Position numbers and translations under genes: made by a program
Assembly: GCA_030390025.1 (NCBI GenBank)
Contig: JASTWF010000362.1
Location: forward strand, 248,001 to 312,000
Reading direction: 5' to 3'
Origin: Squalus acanthias
Taxonomy: Eukaryota
DNA: 64,000 bases
Shown here: positions 13,804 to 27,744 of the stretch, piece after piece
Layout of the letters: each line of letters begins with the position of its first letter
How positions within the stretch are numbered: position 1 is the first letter of the stretch
Notes under the pieces: model-generated
Told to the model about the DNA's origin: nothing
What the model saw: the letters and a program-made list of their open reading frames with translations, nothing else
The model's database searches: none

Positions 13804-15298
13804 CTCAAGTTAAAATGCTGCTCACCACACATCAACTGCAGTAGTCAGACAGCTGGTGAACGCTGTCCTTCAGGTTGTGAAAGTTACATTTTGGATTGCC
13901 TTCACTGGTTTTTCTTAGGCCATTTTATCAAGTTCTCCATTTTTGTTATCCTTAACTGCAGTTAACATTCACATCAAGGAGCTATATCTACTCATTCAGC
14001 AGATTAATAGGGTGACCCCCCCCCCGCCATCTGCAATTAACAGTAAGTTAGTGTATCAGACTTGGCCATTTGACGCATGGGAACCTTCCTTATTATTTAC
14101 TCTCATAGAATTCGGAGCCAGCACAATTGTGCTTCCTCCTATCTTTTTGGCCTCAGTCCACAGTTCCCATTCCCTTGCTTATTTACATGCTGTGCCTTTC
14201 AAGGTAAAATGGACAGGACAGATGCAATTTACAATAGCTCTGGAAAAGTAGAGGAGATTTCAGCTAATCACAGTGCAGATGGATGGCAAGAGATGAATAA
14301 TTCAACCGGTAAACATCACTACATAAATTAGACGTCAAAATTCCACTTTGCACTGCACCTAACGTAAAAGTTTTACAGAATTGGCAGCACGCCCAGAAAA
14401 GATAGCGACTAAATTATTTTATTGTTTCTTACAGCGATCCTTCTTGTATTGGACAGGAATGTCAACTACAATGGTTTGCTGGCACTCAAGCAGGTGGACT
14501 TTAATGTTAAACTACCCATAGTGTGACCTTCCCCATTCTCTGAATGCAGTTCATCCGCTGCCTACAAAATTAACAGGCTACCCTCCCCATGAGAAAACCC
14601 AGTGGGACACCTTTGCTTTATAAGGTTAGTGTCACAGAAGCCATACTGATCATATGGTCTTTCTCCATCCCAACTGAATACATTGACCTTGTTCGGCGAG
14701 CACAGATCACTTTTTCTCTGAAAGACGACAAAAGCAGAGAGACAGGCTGTTTATATAGAAGGTAAGTGTCTTCACAGATAACACTTGGTCCGTGTGATCT
14801 CCTGGTCTGGTTTCGATCAGAGAGGAATTTTCACAGAGCATGTTATCCCTTATTGGCCCTGGGGTTTTTCTCCATTTTCTTTTTGCGTGACCCAGGAGTT
14901 ACATGGCTGTTTGGGGGGGGGGGGGGTGGGGGGGAGAGATAGGAAGGGGCTGGTCATTATGGTCCAGCAACCATGAGTATCGGGGCAGGCCTGATGGACC
15001 AGCTGGTCTTTTCCTGCACGTCATATTCGTATGTGTGTAATATCTATACATATTATAAATCCTGTCCACAAACCTTACTTCTTGTTTTGGTCACACTTTT
15101 CTGTCAACACTTCCCATTCAACTTAGCTATGTCAACGGTCACGATTTAGCTGCAGGCTTTGGCAACTAGGTGGCGCTGTAAAGCAAGTTTCTGAAATTTT
15201 TCTCCCAACTCCATAACAATCTTGTATATAACTAAACATGTGCATCGATTGCCATGGGCAACACCACAGGCAATTTACCGGTTCTGTAATCAACTTAC

Positions 15299-15546
15299 AA
15301 ACGTAGGCAGCATATCGCGGTAGGTGGATGGGAACTGGTGAGAGCCAGTCTGCAGCGGTATTCCGGGTCCTCTCCTCAGCGGAGTAGCGGGACGCAGCGA
15401 AGGCTCCTTTGGCTCGCTCGACGACACTGGCGTGTGTACCGGATCGTCTTGGCCTGAGCTTTTGGCTTCCACCTCTGGCGGCGATGCAGTCAATGTTGCT
15501 GCGGGGTTCAGATTTCGCCCACCGCCCTCCCTCCAAATGGCTACGT
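15299..15546 (-). CDS. PRRC2B: PRRC2B coding exon 6
   Basis: VAIWREGGGRNLNP...KEPSLRPATPLRRG...TYRDMLPTF; tttgcag / TTT|GTAAGT; phases 1/0. Confidence 0.93.
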
Positions 15547-15666
15547 CTGCAAAGGAGAACAGAATAAGACAAAACTGCTGCAGCCCAGGGTTCAATTCCA
15601 GAAATAACAACAGAAAATGCTGGAAACACTCAGCAGGCCAGGCAGCATCCGTGGAGAGAGAAACAG

Positions 15667-15703
15667 AGTTAACGTTTCAGGTCTGGGACCCTTCATCAGA
15701 ACT
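15667..15703 (-). ncRNA. Minimal hammerhead ribozyme motif (PLE type)
   Basis: agtt-CTGATGA-a-gggtc-cca-gacct-GAAA-CG-TT-aact: both conserved core boxes, stems I and II, palindromic AACGTT helix III. Confidence 0.75.
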
Positions 15704-15750
15704 GGAAAAAGCTGGAGGTGTAACAAATTTTAAACAGGTGCAGAGACAGT

Positions 15751-15783
<33 letters not shown>

Positions 15784-16612
15784 GGGGAGGAAGGAATTGA
15801 AGGAACATACTGTGCTGAGGTAAGAGGCAAGAAAGATAAAATGTTGCAAATGTGGATGGCAAAAATCATACAGCATGAAAAATGGGAGCAGGGGTTATAG
15901 TTTGAAATTGTTGAACTCAATGTTGAGTCCAGAAGGCTGTAAAGTGCCTAATCGAAAGATGAGGTGCTGTTCCTCGAGCTTACGTTGAGCTTCATTGGAA
16001 CAGTGTAAGAGGCCGAGGACAGAGAGATCAGAGTGGGAGTGAAGCGGAGAATTAAAGAGACAGGCGACCGGAAGCTCAGGGTCACCCTTGTGGACTGAAC
16101 GGAGGTGTTCTGCAAAGTGGTCGCCCAATCTGCGTTTGGTCTCCCCAATGTGGAGGAGACCGCATCGTGAGCAGTGAGTACAGTATACTAAATTGCAAGA
16201 AGTACAAGTAAATTCCTGTTTCGCCTGGAAGGGGTGTTTGGGGCCCTGGACAGTGGGAAGGGTGGAGGTAAAAGGGCCGGTGTTGCATCTCCTGCACTTG
16301 TACGGGAAGGTGCGGGTGAAGGGGAAGAGCTGTTAGGGGCGATTGAGGAGTGGACCAGGGTGTCGCGGAGGGAGCGCTCCCTTCGGAATGCTGAAAGGGG
16401 AGGTGAGGGGAAGATACATTTGGTGGTGGGATCACGTTGGAGGTGGCGGAAATGGCGGAGGATGATCCGTTGAATGTGGAGGCTGGTGGGGTGAAAGGTG
16501 AGGACAAGGGGAACCCTATTGTGGTTCTGGGAGGGAGGGGAAGGGGTGAGAGCAGAAGTGCGGGAAATGGAACGGACACGGTCAAAGGCCGTGTCAACCA
16601 CAGTAGAGGGGA

Positions 16613-18397
16613 ATCATAGAATCATAGAAAGTTACAGCGCGGAAGGAGGCCATTTCAGCCCATCGTGTCCGCGCCGGCCAACAGAGCCATCCAGCCTAAT
16701 CCCACTTCCCAGCTCTTGGTCCGTAGCCCTGCAGGTTACAGCATCCCAAGTGCACATCCAAGTACTTTTTAAATGTGGTTCGGGTTCCTGCCTCTACCAC
16801 CCTTTCAGGCAGTGAGTTCCAGACCCCCACAACCCTCTGGGTGAAGAAATTTCCCCTCAAATCCCCTCTAAACCTTCCACCAATTACTTTAAATATGTGC
16901 CCCCTGGTTTTTGACCCCTCTGCTAAGGGAAATAGGTCCTTCCTATCCATTTTATCTAGGCCCCTCATAATTTTATACACCTCAATAAGGTCTCCCTTCA
17001 GCCTCCTCTGTTCCAAGGAAAACAGACCCAGCCTATCCAGTCTTTCCTCATAGCTAAGATTCGCTACTCCCGGCAACATCCTTGTAAATCTCCTCTGTAC
17101 CCTCTCTAGTGCAATCACATCTTTCCTGTAATGTGGTTACCAGAACTGCACGCAGTATTCTAGCTGAGGCCTAACTAGTGTTTTGTACAGTTGAAGCATA
17201 ACCCCCCCCCTGCTCTTGTATTCTATGCCACGGCTAATAAAGGCCAGCATTCCGTATGCCTTCTTAACCACCTTATCTACCTTGGCCTGCTACCTTCAGG
17301 GATCTGTGGACATGCACTCCAAGGTCCCTTTGTTCCCCTACACTAATCAGTGTCCTACCATTTAATGTGCATTCCCTTTCCTTGTTAGCCCTCCCCAAAT
17401 GCATTACCTCACACTTCTCCGGATTGAATTCCATTTGCCACTGTTCTGCCCACCTGACCAATTTATTGATATCTTCCTGCAGTCTACAGCTTCCTTCTTC
17501 AGTATCAACCACACAGCCAATTTTAGTATCATCTGCAAACTTCTTAATCATACCCCCTATATTCAAGTCTAGATCACTGATATATACCACAAAAAGCAAG
17601 GGACCTAGTACTGAGCCCTGCGGAACCCCACTGGAAACAGCCTTCCAGTCACAAAAACACCCATCAACCATTACCCTCTGCTTCCTGTCTCCGAGCCAGT
17701 TTTTAATCAACTTGACACTTTGCCCTGGATCCCATGGGCTTTTAACTTCGTGACCAGTCTGCCATGTGGAACCTTATCAAAACCCTTGCTAAAGTCCATA
17801 TACACTACATCAAACGCACTACCCTCATCTACCCTCCTTGTTACCTCCTCAAAAAATTAAATCAAGTTTGTCAGACACGACCTTCCCTTAACAAATCCGT
17901 GCTGACTATCCTTGATTAATCCGTGTCTTTCGAAATGAAGATTTATCCTGTCCTTCAGAATTCTTTCCAATAATTTTCCCACCACCGAGGTTAGGCTTGC
18001 TGGCCTGTAATTACTCGGTCTATCCTTTTCTCCCTTTTTAAACAAGGGCACCACATTCGCAGTCCTCCAGCACCACACCTGAAGCCAGAGAGGATTGGAA
18101 AATGATGGTCAGAGCCTCTGCTATTTCCTCTTTTGCTTAACAGCCTGGGATACATTTCATCCGGGCCTGGGGATTTATCCACTTTTAAAGCTGCTAAACC
18201 CCTTAAAACTTCCTCTCTCACTATGTTTATTTCATTTAATATTTCACACTCCTTCCCCGATAGCAATGCCTGCTTCGCCCCTCTCCTTTGTGAAAACAGA
18301 CGCAAAGTATTCATTAAGAACCCTACCGACGTCTCCCGCCTCCACACACAGATTACCCTCATGATCTATAATAGGCCCTACCCTTTCTTTAGTTATC
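16613..18397 (-). mobile_element. CR1 LINE nested in Penelope
   Basis: RT motifs, (ATTCTATG)n tail; near-identical to the copies at 12160 and 49535. Confidence 0.93.
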
Positions 18398-19823
18398 CTC
18401 CTCGGTTGAGGAACAAGGAAGACATGTCAGAAGCACTGGTATGGAAGGTGGCATTGTCAGAACAGACGCGGCGGAGATGGAGAAACTGGGAGAATGGAAT
18501 AGAGTCCTTACAGGAAGCGGGGTGGGAGGAAGTGTAGTCCAGGTAGCTGTGGGAGCCAGTGGATGTTTGTCGATAGCCAATCGCCAGAAATGGAGACAGA
18601 GAAGTCAAGGAAGGGAAGAGAAGAGTCGGAGATGGACCATGTGAAGGTGAGGGAAGGGTGGAAATTGGAAGTAAAGTGAATGAAATTTTCTAGTTCAGGG
18701 CGAGAGCAGGAAACGGCACCGATACAGTCATCGATGTACCGGAAGAAGAGGTGAGGGAGGGGACCTGAGTAGGACTGGAACAAAGAATGTTCCACATATC
18801 CCACGAAAAGGCAGGCACAGCTAGGGCCCATGCGGATTCCCATAGCAACACCTTTAATTTGGAGGAAGTGAGTGGAGTCAGAGGAGAAGTTGTTCAATGT
18901 GAGAACAAGTTCAGTCAGGCGGAGGAGGCTGGTGGTGGGTGGGGACTGGTTGGGCCTCTGTTCAAGGAAGAAGTGGAGCGCCCTCAGGCCGTCCTGGTGG
19001 GGGATGGAGGTGCAGAGGGATTGGACGTCCGTAGTGAAAAGGAGGCGGTTGGGGCCAGGAAACTGGAAACTGTTAAAGTGGCGGAGGGCGTTGAACACTC
19101 TCAATTCCAGAATGTGAATTATCCGATTGGTAAGCAGCTGTATTAAAATAAAATAGCTGAGTCCCCAAACAGGGCGGCAGATCAGACACGTCCCAGCGAT
19201 TATAGTTTGAAGTCCCAGGACAAGCTTGATGGACAGCGAATTTAAACCGGTCCTTACCTAAATGTATGCAATTCATCATCTCTTGCCTTTACTGGCAGGC
19301 ATTCCACGAAAGAGGAATCTCTGGCAAGGCCCTGACGGGATGTTTTAGATTTATATTTAAAATCTGAGAAATGTTGATCTCAACGTGATTAGATTTCCTT
19401 GACAATCTTTCCCACAACTTTTTAAAATGCCTAATTATAGCTGCCTGCACCTATAATTCTACGACTGATTTTGAATTAAAGAATAAATCATGCGTCACGG
19501 GTAAACATTTCTCACTTACACACCAGCGGCTAAATTCAGCGCTAACAGGAAGTAGTTTCATACTCGCACATCAGATGAGCCAAAAAGGCGCCCGCCATTA
19601 GCCACTTTCATTCAGAATTATTTAAAACAGCTAGACCCGTGTTCCTATTGAAGAAATCGGATTTATTAGTTCTGGGAAGAACTAGAACTGCAGAAAAATA
19701 AACGACATCATTTCAAGAAGGGAACAAGACTATTTGTTTGGGTCTGTACAAAGCGGACAGCTTTCCAAATCGATAAGGGTTTAATGTAAAGGTGATGGTC
19801 TTTTTGGGAGGGAGGGGGGGTTT

Positions 19824-19969
19824 CAATGTGCCCTCTAGTTTTTTTCGGTGCGTGGCCCCTTTAACGGGCTGCGTGGCCCATTCAAATTTCCGCGCACGTG
19901 CGGTTTTTCCATTTAAAAGCCACTGAGCGGGACCTCCAGACGCGGATGCGCAGCTTAACAGGAACACTG
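19824..19969 (+). mobile_element. hAT-type MITE
   Basis: caatgtgccctcta / ttaacaggaacactg, same internal sequence; TSD degenerate. Confidence 0.75.
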
Positions 19970-20239
19970 GGAGAGTTTTCAGTTCCTTTTAGATGTTTCT
20001 CTTACCTTTTCAGAATTAAAAAAAATATCAGCATCAACACTGGACACTAGACTAAGAAAGGAGAAGTGAAACCCCGTCCCGAAGGCAAGATACTGAGATC
20101 GGGGCCTCACCACATGGTTTTCAGTAAATAAAGCTACTGTGCCATCACGTCACCTGTTCCACTTTAGAAACTGAAAGCAGTATTCTTCTTCCCTGCGGGA
20201 ATCTGACACAAGTTTCTCGCTCCTAACACCAAGCACTTA

Positions 20240-20527
<288 letters not shown>

Positions 20528-20869
20528 TTAAGACATTACACTTCCCAGGATCGGTGCATGCTTTCCAGGGTGTACTGGTCACTGCTGAACAGAGCTGAGC
20601 AGTGTTGACCACCAATAGCCATAGAATTGGGGGAGAAGTCCCAGAGGAGGGCTAAGCTGGCTGAAGGCTCTGTCACCAATGAGGGTGAAGGTGAGAGTAA
20701 AAGGACCAAAGGGAATGGAAGGGAATACAAGGATGGCGGGGACTGTAGAGATAGGGTTGGGTGAAGCCTTGCAGCAATCTGAAGATGACATTTTTACATT
20801 TAACGCCCATGGCTACAGGGAGCCAGGCAGGTCAGTGAGGACAGGGGCGATGGGCAAAAGAGATTTTGG

Positions 20870-21470
20870 GGGAGGAGGTAATTTTAACCCCCGGGGTCGG
20901 GTTAGATGTTAAACAATTTTAAATCTCAAACCCGAACCTAACCTGCCCACCTCCACGTTTAACGGGACGGGGGCGGGCAGCCAACCCACTCCCAGGAGGC
21001 GGTATGGCCATTTCAATATTATAATGAGGTTGGGAGCCTCACATTTAACCTGCTTTACAGTTTTAACCCTGGCCGGCCGGGTTTCCCAGGCCTCTGGAAA
21101 CCCGGCAGCTCAAGAAAGACAAGGAGAGCTTCGGGGAAAAGATGAAGTGTCCTTACAGCACTGCTTGTGGGCCAGGAGGAGCAGGAAAGCTTCCCCCGGC
21201 CCCCCAAGCTTACCTCCCCCCCCCCCCACCACCCGTGGTCGGGGATCGGCCCCCCCAACCACCACGCTCCCACTAGCAGCTGCAGGCTCCTTACATGCAC
21301 CTGAGGTCCCCGCCCGACTGGAAGCCAAACCTGCCAATCAGGCAGACTTCCGGGCTGGGATCCTGTTTAAAAAAAGTCACACGCCGTGGAATTAAAACGC
21401 CACAGCATGTAGGGAAACCCAGACTTCCAGGTTTCCTGACCGTAACCCACCCGTCAGTATCGGGGCCTTA
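20870..21470. mobile_element. Probable GC-rich non-autonomous DNA element
   Basis: GC-rich block with internal inverted motifs (gggtttcc/ggaaaccc, cggg/cccg); ends not well resolved. Confidence 0.45.
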
Positions 21471-22129
21471 GTGTGGGACAGGAAGCAGGCGGCTGAGTTT
21501 TGGACAAGCTTGGAATTTATGGAGCGTTATCAGATATTTCAGCACAGGAGGCAGTCATTCAGTCCATTGTGCCTTAAGAAGGTACCAGTTCCCCTTCAGT
21601 GCCTTCTACTGGAACCCCGTTTCCCTGCTCTTTCCTCAAACCCTTTCATATTTTGTTGGCATCATTACCCACTGTAAAGAGATTTCAAAATCAAGCACGA
21701 CAGACAGCAGGATCTAGATGGACACACGGCAGGCTCGGTATTCTACATCAAGCAAGAAGAGCATTGTCCTTATGTTGATGAAATGATTGGGAGAGGACAA
21801 TGTGATGCAATATTAGAAGTCTTATCTGCATAAACTGAATTATTATGAATGATGGACTTAACATTAGCCCTAGGAGCACTGGATCTGGTGTTCAGCATAT
21901 GTGAATTGTCTGCTACAAGCCCATCTATTACAAGTGGACTGCACTGGGGGGGGGGCGCGGAGAAACTGATTATGTGCCTGAGGCTTGTGCGCACAGTAAA
22001 ATTAATAGTTAATGCTCATGAAAGCACACAACTTATTAATGTTGCAAGACAATCCAATTTGAACCGATCTATAATTTGTCACGTCTCTGTTGAATGTATC
22101 TGAATATTTTGAAAAGACAATTAACTCAC

Positions 22130-22202
22130 CACCTCCTGGTCCTGTTGGCTTTGCCTTCAGTTGTGCCCATGACTTTACCCCACCTTGTGCTGAATTTGTG
22201 TT
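22130..22202 (-). CDS. PRRC2B: PRRC2B coding exon 4
   Basis: NTNSAQGGVKSWAQLKAKPTGPGG (conserved KSWA motif); gacag / G|GTGAGT; phases 0/1. Confidence 0.92.
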
Positions 22203-22424
22203 CTGTCAATTATTGGAGGAAAAAAAAAATCATTACATTTCAGGCAACAAACAGTTCAAAACACCCACCTACCAGATATAGCAGCGCTTGGCTCTGAGAC
22301 ACTACCGTCCACCGCCACTGACATGATTCTTTTTATATTGAAATTTCAGGTGGAATAGCACTGTAATGCTGAACTAGCTGCAACACTTTTATTGCTGTTA
22401 TTTATTGTGTATTGTAGCAATTTT

Positions 22425-23230
22425 CTTTTATATTCGTTCATGGGATCTGGGCGTCGCTGGCAAAGCCAGCATTTATTGCCCACCCCTAATTGCCCTTGAG
22501 AAGGTGGTGGTGAGCCGCCTCCTTGAACCGCTGCAGTCCGTGTGGTGAAGGTGCTCCCACAGTACTGTTGGGGGGGGGGGAGTTGCAGGATTTTGATCCA
22601 GCGACGATGAAGGATCAGCAATGATGAAGGTTCAGCGATATATTTCCAAATCAGGATGATGTGTGACTTGGAGGGTAACTTGGAGGTGGTGGTGTTCCCA
22701 TGCGCCTGCTGCCCTTGTCCTTCTAGGTGGAAGAGGTCGCGGGTTTGGGAGGTGCTGCCGAAGAAGCCTTGGTGAGTTGCTGCAGTGCATCTTGTAGATG
22801 GTACACACTGCAGCCACGGTACGCCAGTGGTGGAGGGAGTGAATGTTTAAGGTGGTGGATGAGGTGCCAATCAAGCGGGCTGCTTTGTCCTGGATGGTGT
22901 CGAGCTTCTTGAGTGTTGTTGGAGCTGCACTCATCCAGGCAAGTGGAGAGTATTCCATCACTTGTGCCTTGTAGATGGTGGAAAGGCTTTGGGGAGTCAG
23001 GAGGTGAGACACTCGCCGCAGAATACCTAGCCTCTGATCTGCTCTTGTAGCCACAGTACTTATGTGGCTGGTCCAGTTAAGTTTCTGGTCAATGGTGAAC
23101 CCCCCAGGATGTTGATGGTGGGGGATTTGGCGACGGTAATGCTGTTGAATGTCAAGGGGTGGTGGTTAGAATCTCGCTTGTTGGAGATAGTCATTGCCTG
23201 GCACTTGTGTGGCGCGAATGTCATTTGCTC
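22425..23230 (-). mobile_element. LINE 3' fragment (CR1/Jockey group, distinct family)
   Basis: LSTIYKAQV..MEYSPLAW..LDTIQDKAARLI; copies at 24010-24380 (-), 35755-35935 (+), 47425-48047 (+) and 49405-50970 (+, split by a CR1). Confidence 0.8.
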
Positions 23231-23404
23231 AGTTTTCATCCAATAGGCTATACACATTTCAACTCATGCATTAATCCACCATTTTGCACTTAAATAAGAC
23301 AGGGGAAACCAACTTGATCTGACCAGCATTTCCATTTCACTCATGACGATGATTGCTCTCCCTCCCCTCGCCGCTGAAAGGTTTGCCAAATGATCGTGTC
23401 TTAC

Positions 23405-23501
23405 CTCGTGGACTGGCGCCGGTTTTGGCACACTGGAGGCAGACGTCTGCGAAGCCGGCTGCGATGGCGACTCCGGCTGCTGTACTGCTGATACACCGGT
23501 A
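23405..23501 (-). CDS. PRRC2B: PRRC2B coding exon 3
   Basis: TGVSAVQQPESPSQPASQTSASSVPKPAPVHE; ttttgcag / GAG|GTAAG; phases 2/0. Confidence 0.88.
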
Positions 23502-24973
23502 CTGCAAAACACAATGCCGGCACGGTCAGCAACCCCACCAGACCAGGCTCCCGCAGGACGCTTCAGAAGTCAAAACAACGGAATTGAACAATACTCACAA
23601 TCCCAGATGTAACAGAACACAGAAATGGATTCTTTTTGAAGGTCGGGCAAGTCAGAGGGGACGCAAAGATTTGGCCATCCCATTGACAAAATGCACCTAT
23701 AGAAAAACTTTTTAAAAGAACCGCCAACAATTTCTGTTTAGCCTCATCCATGCTTTTGTTACCTCCAGACTTGAATATTCCAACTGGCCGGCCTCCCATC
23801 CTCCATAATCTTGAGCTCATCTAAAACTCTGCTGCCGGTGTCCGAACTTGCACCAAGTCCTGTTCACCCATCACCCCGTGCTCACATTTGAATTGTTTAC
23901 AATTCTGTAACCAGGACAACAAAAGGCTAGCAAGCCCATGTGTTCCTAGTCCCATTCACCAAACAAGTTCCTTTAGCACAAGTTTCAATAATGTGGTTGC
24001 TAATATATATTTTTTTAATTCGTTTATGGGATGTGGGCGTCGCTGGCAATGCCAGCATTTATTGCCCATCCCTAATTGTCCTTGAGAAGGTGGTGGTGAG
24101 CCGCCTTCTTGAACCGCTGCAGTCCGTGTGGTGAAGGTACTCCCACAGTGCTGGTAGGGAGGGAGTTCCAGGATTTTGACCCAGCAACGATGAAGGATCG
24201 GCGATATATTTCCAAGTCAGGATGGTGTGTGACTTGGAGGGGAACTTGGAGGTGGCGGTGTTCCCATGCGCCTGCTGCCCTTGTCCTTCTAGGTGGTAGA
24301 GGTCACGGGTTTGGGAGGTGCTGCCGAAGAAGCCTTGGCGAGTTGCTGCAGTGCATCTTGGAGATGGTACACACTGCAGCAACCTCGATTGTAACACCTT
24401 GGCTACAATTAAAGGCCTAGAATCAAGGCATTATCAAATTCTGTAGAGCGGGCGCCCTCACCACACTGACTGAGCCAACCGACGCTGCCCAGGGAAACGA
24501 GGTAGTGCACCGGCGGCTCAAGGAGCAGGAAGATTTAAAATCGCTTGAAGAATTTTCTCAACAAATGAAGAAAAGGGTCTGAGCGAGCAGTGAGCTCTTC
24601 AGTAAATGACGGGGCTGAAGAGGGGCCAGGACTAGGACTGCTCCTTCCAACACGTGAAACGGGGCTCTGAGTAGTCAAGGGCGTCACCTGGCTTCCCTGA
24701 TGGGGCCCCGCGGGGGAGGAAGACTCCTGGCCGCTGTGGCAGAGGCAGGAATGCTGCAGTAGACCTCTCCGCCCCAATATTGGGTAGCATAAAAGAGGAG
24801 AATCCAGCCCAGGGTCCCTTCGTGTTAGCTGAGCACACACCATGACTAATGACAGTGCTGTAGAAAGGATTCCCCTCCCGTCCAAGGAAACTAGATAGAG
24901 AAGGGACCCAGAAGAGATTTTTTTTTTTAAATTAAAGACAACTCAAAATCAAATCAGCGACGAAACAATCTTA

Positions 24974-25912
<939 letters not shown>

Positions 25913-26527
25913 TTACACTACATCTGCAGCATCGGCACAAAGCGAATCTCCTTCATGACGATACTATAGTTGCTGTGCAAGTACAGCCTTACACCACACC
26001 CTGCAGAGTAGGCAATCAGGGAGGACCTCTCTTATATGGAGTACAAGATATTAGTTTAACTTATTATAGCTCCAAACACAGGCACAAAAAAAAACATGAT
26101 CTTTAATAAGAGGTATAAATAGAAACAAAGTTGTAAGTTTTAACAGCTGAATGAAAGTCACACGATGCAGATGTGGTGTGAAAACTTTTTTAAAAAGGTG
26201 GTTGAGCTTCTTCAGCGGCCCTGGGAGCCCGGGGCTACGACGTAGTGTTTGGAATTTGGACATGCTACAAGGTCATCAAAAATGCTCAGTCTGCACAAGC
26301 GAGATACGAGAAAAACACTTCAGGACTCGATGGGTCACAGCAAGGAGCTAATAATAATACTCAACAGCTTCCCCCACCTCAGGAAAGGCTCCTTTGCTCA
26401 TTAATATCTCCAATGTGCATTTGGTTCAACTCCTGTAAGGTCTGTCACTGAATCCTATAGCAGTACTATCAAAGTATGTAATATACAGTGGCTCTGCTGT
26501 TCGTGGAAAAAAACTTGCTTGGGCGAG

Positions 26528-27372
26528 AGACCGGCAGAGGGGGCGGGAGGCACAGACCGGCAGAGGGGGCGGGAGGCACAGACCGGCAGAGGGGGCGGGA
26601 GGCACAGACCGGCAGAGGGGGCGGGAGGCACAGACCGGCAGAGAGGGCGGGAGGCACAGACCGGCAGAGAGGGCGGGAGGCACAGACCGGCAGAGAGGGC
26701 GGGAGGCACAGACCGGCAGAGGGGCGGGAGGCACAGACCGGCAGAGAGGGCGGGAGGCACAGACCGGCAGAGAGGGCGGGAGGCACAGACCGGCAGAGAG
26801 GGCGGGAGGCACAGACCGGCAGAGAGGGCGGGAGGCACAGACCGGCAGAGGGGGCGGGAGGCACAGACCGGCAGAGAGGGCGGGAGGCACAGACCGGCAG
26901 AGAGGGCGGGAGGCACAGACCGGCAGAGAGGGCGGGAGGCACAGACCGGCAGAGAGGGGCGGGAGGCACAGACCGGCAGAGAGGGCGGGAGGCACAGACC
27001 GGCAGAGGGGGCGGGAGGCACAGACCGGCAGAGAGGGCGGGAGGCACAGACCGGCAGAGGGGCGGGAGGCACAGACCGGCAGAGAGGGCGGGAGGCACAG
27101 ACCGGCAGAGAGGGCGGGAGGCACAGACCGGCAGAGAGGGCGGGAGGCACAGACCGGCAGAGAGGGCGGGAGGCACAGACCGGCAGAGAGGGCGGGAGGC
27201 ACAGACCGGCAGAGAGGGCGGGAGGCACAGACCGGCAGAGAGGGCGGGAGGCACAGACCGGCAGAGAGGGCGGGAGGCACAGACCGGCAGAGAGGGCGGG
27301 AGGCACAGACCGGCAGAGACGGCGGGAGGCACAGACAGGCAGAGACGGGTGGGAGGCACAGACCGGCAGAGA
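26528..27372. repeat. 26-bp G-rich minisatellite (about 32 units)
   Basis: Unit gaccggcagagagggcgggaggcaca. Confidence 0.97.
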
Positions 27373-27609
27373 CAGAGAATATATGTATAAGTACGGCAAA
27401 TGAAGACAGGATCAGCCTGGGCATTAATGCCTCTCATGTTGGACAAGGTGTTAGAGAATGAGTTACCCACAGAGCCATGTCCCAGCATGGCTCGTCACTA
27501 CAGGAAACAAAAATGGGATTCGGAAAAAGAAACAGTGGGAAACGCCCAAAATATGTGGAAACCACCAGCCGCAGTGAAGCCTGTATCTGGCTGAATTTCT
27601 CCCTCATTA

Positions 27610-27744
<135 letters not shown>

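Larger units (their letters stand above)
15604..19100 (-). mobile_element. Penelope-like retroelement (degenerate RT + GIY-YIG), split by a CR1
   Basis: RT motifs QIKGVAMG..MGPS and FRYIDD (18508-19104); GIY-YIG C-terminal part ..EHLRSV..F...H...GLNIEF (15895-16128); TSD tcaattccagaa at 15592-15603 and 19101-19112. Confidence 0.9.

Noticed and set aside
15754..15782. Long poly-G run
   Set aside because: Homopolymer expansion inside the PLE 3' region; length unreliable.
26426..27488. Five 290-340-aa ORFs on both strands
   Set aside because: Translations of the stop-free 26-bp minisatellite; no splice or homology support.
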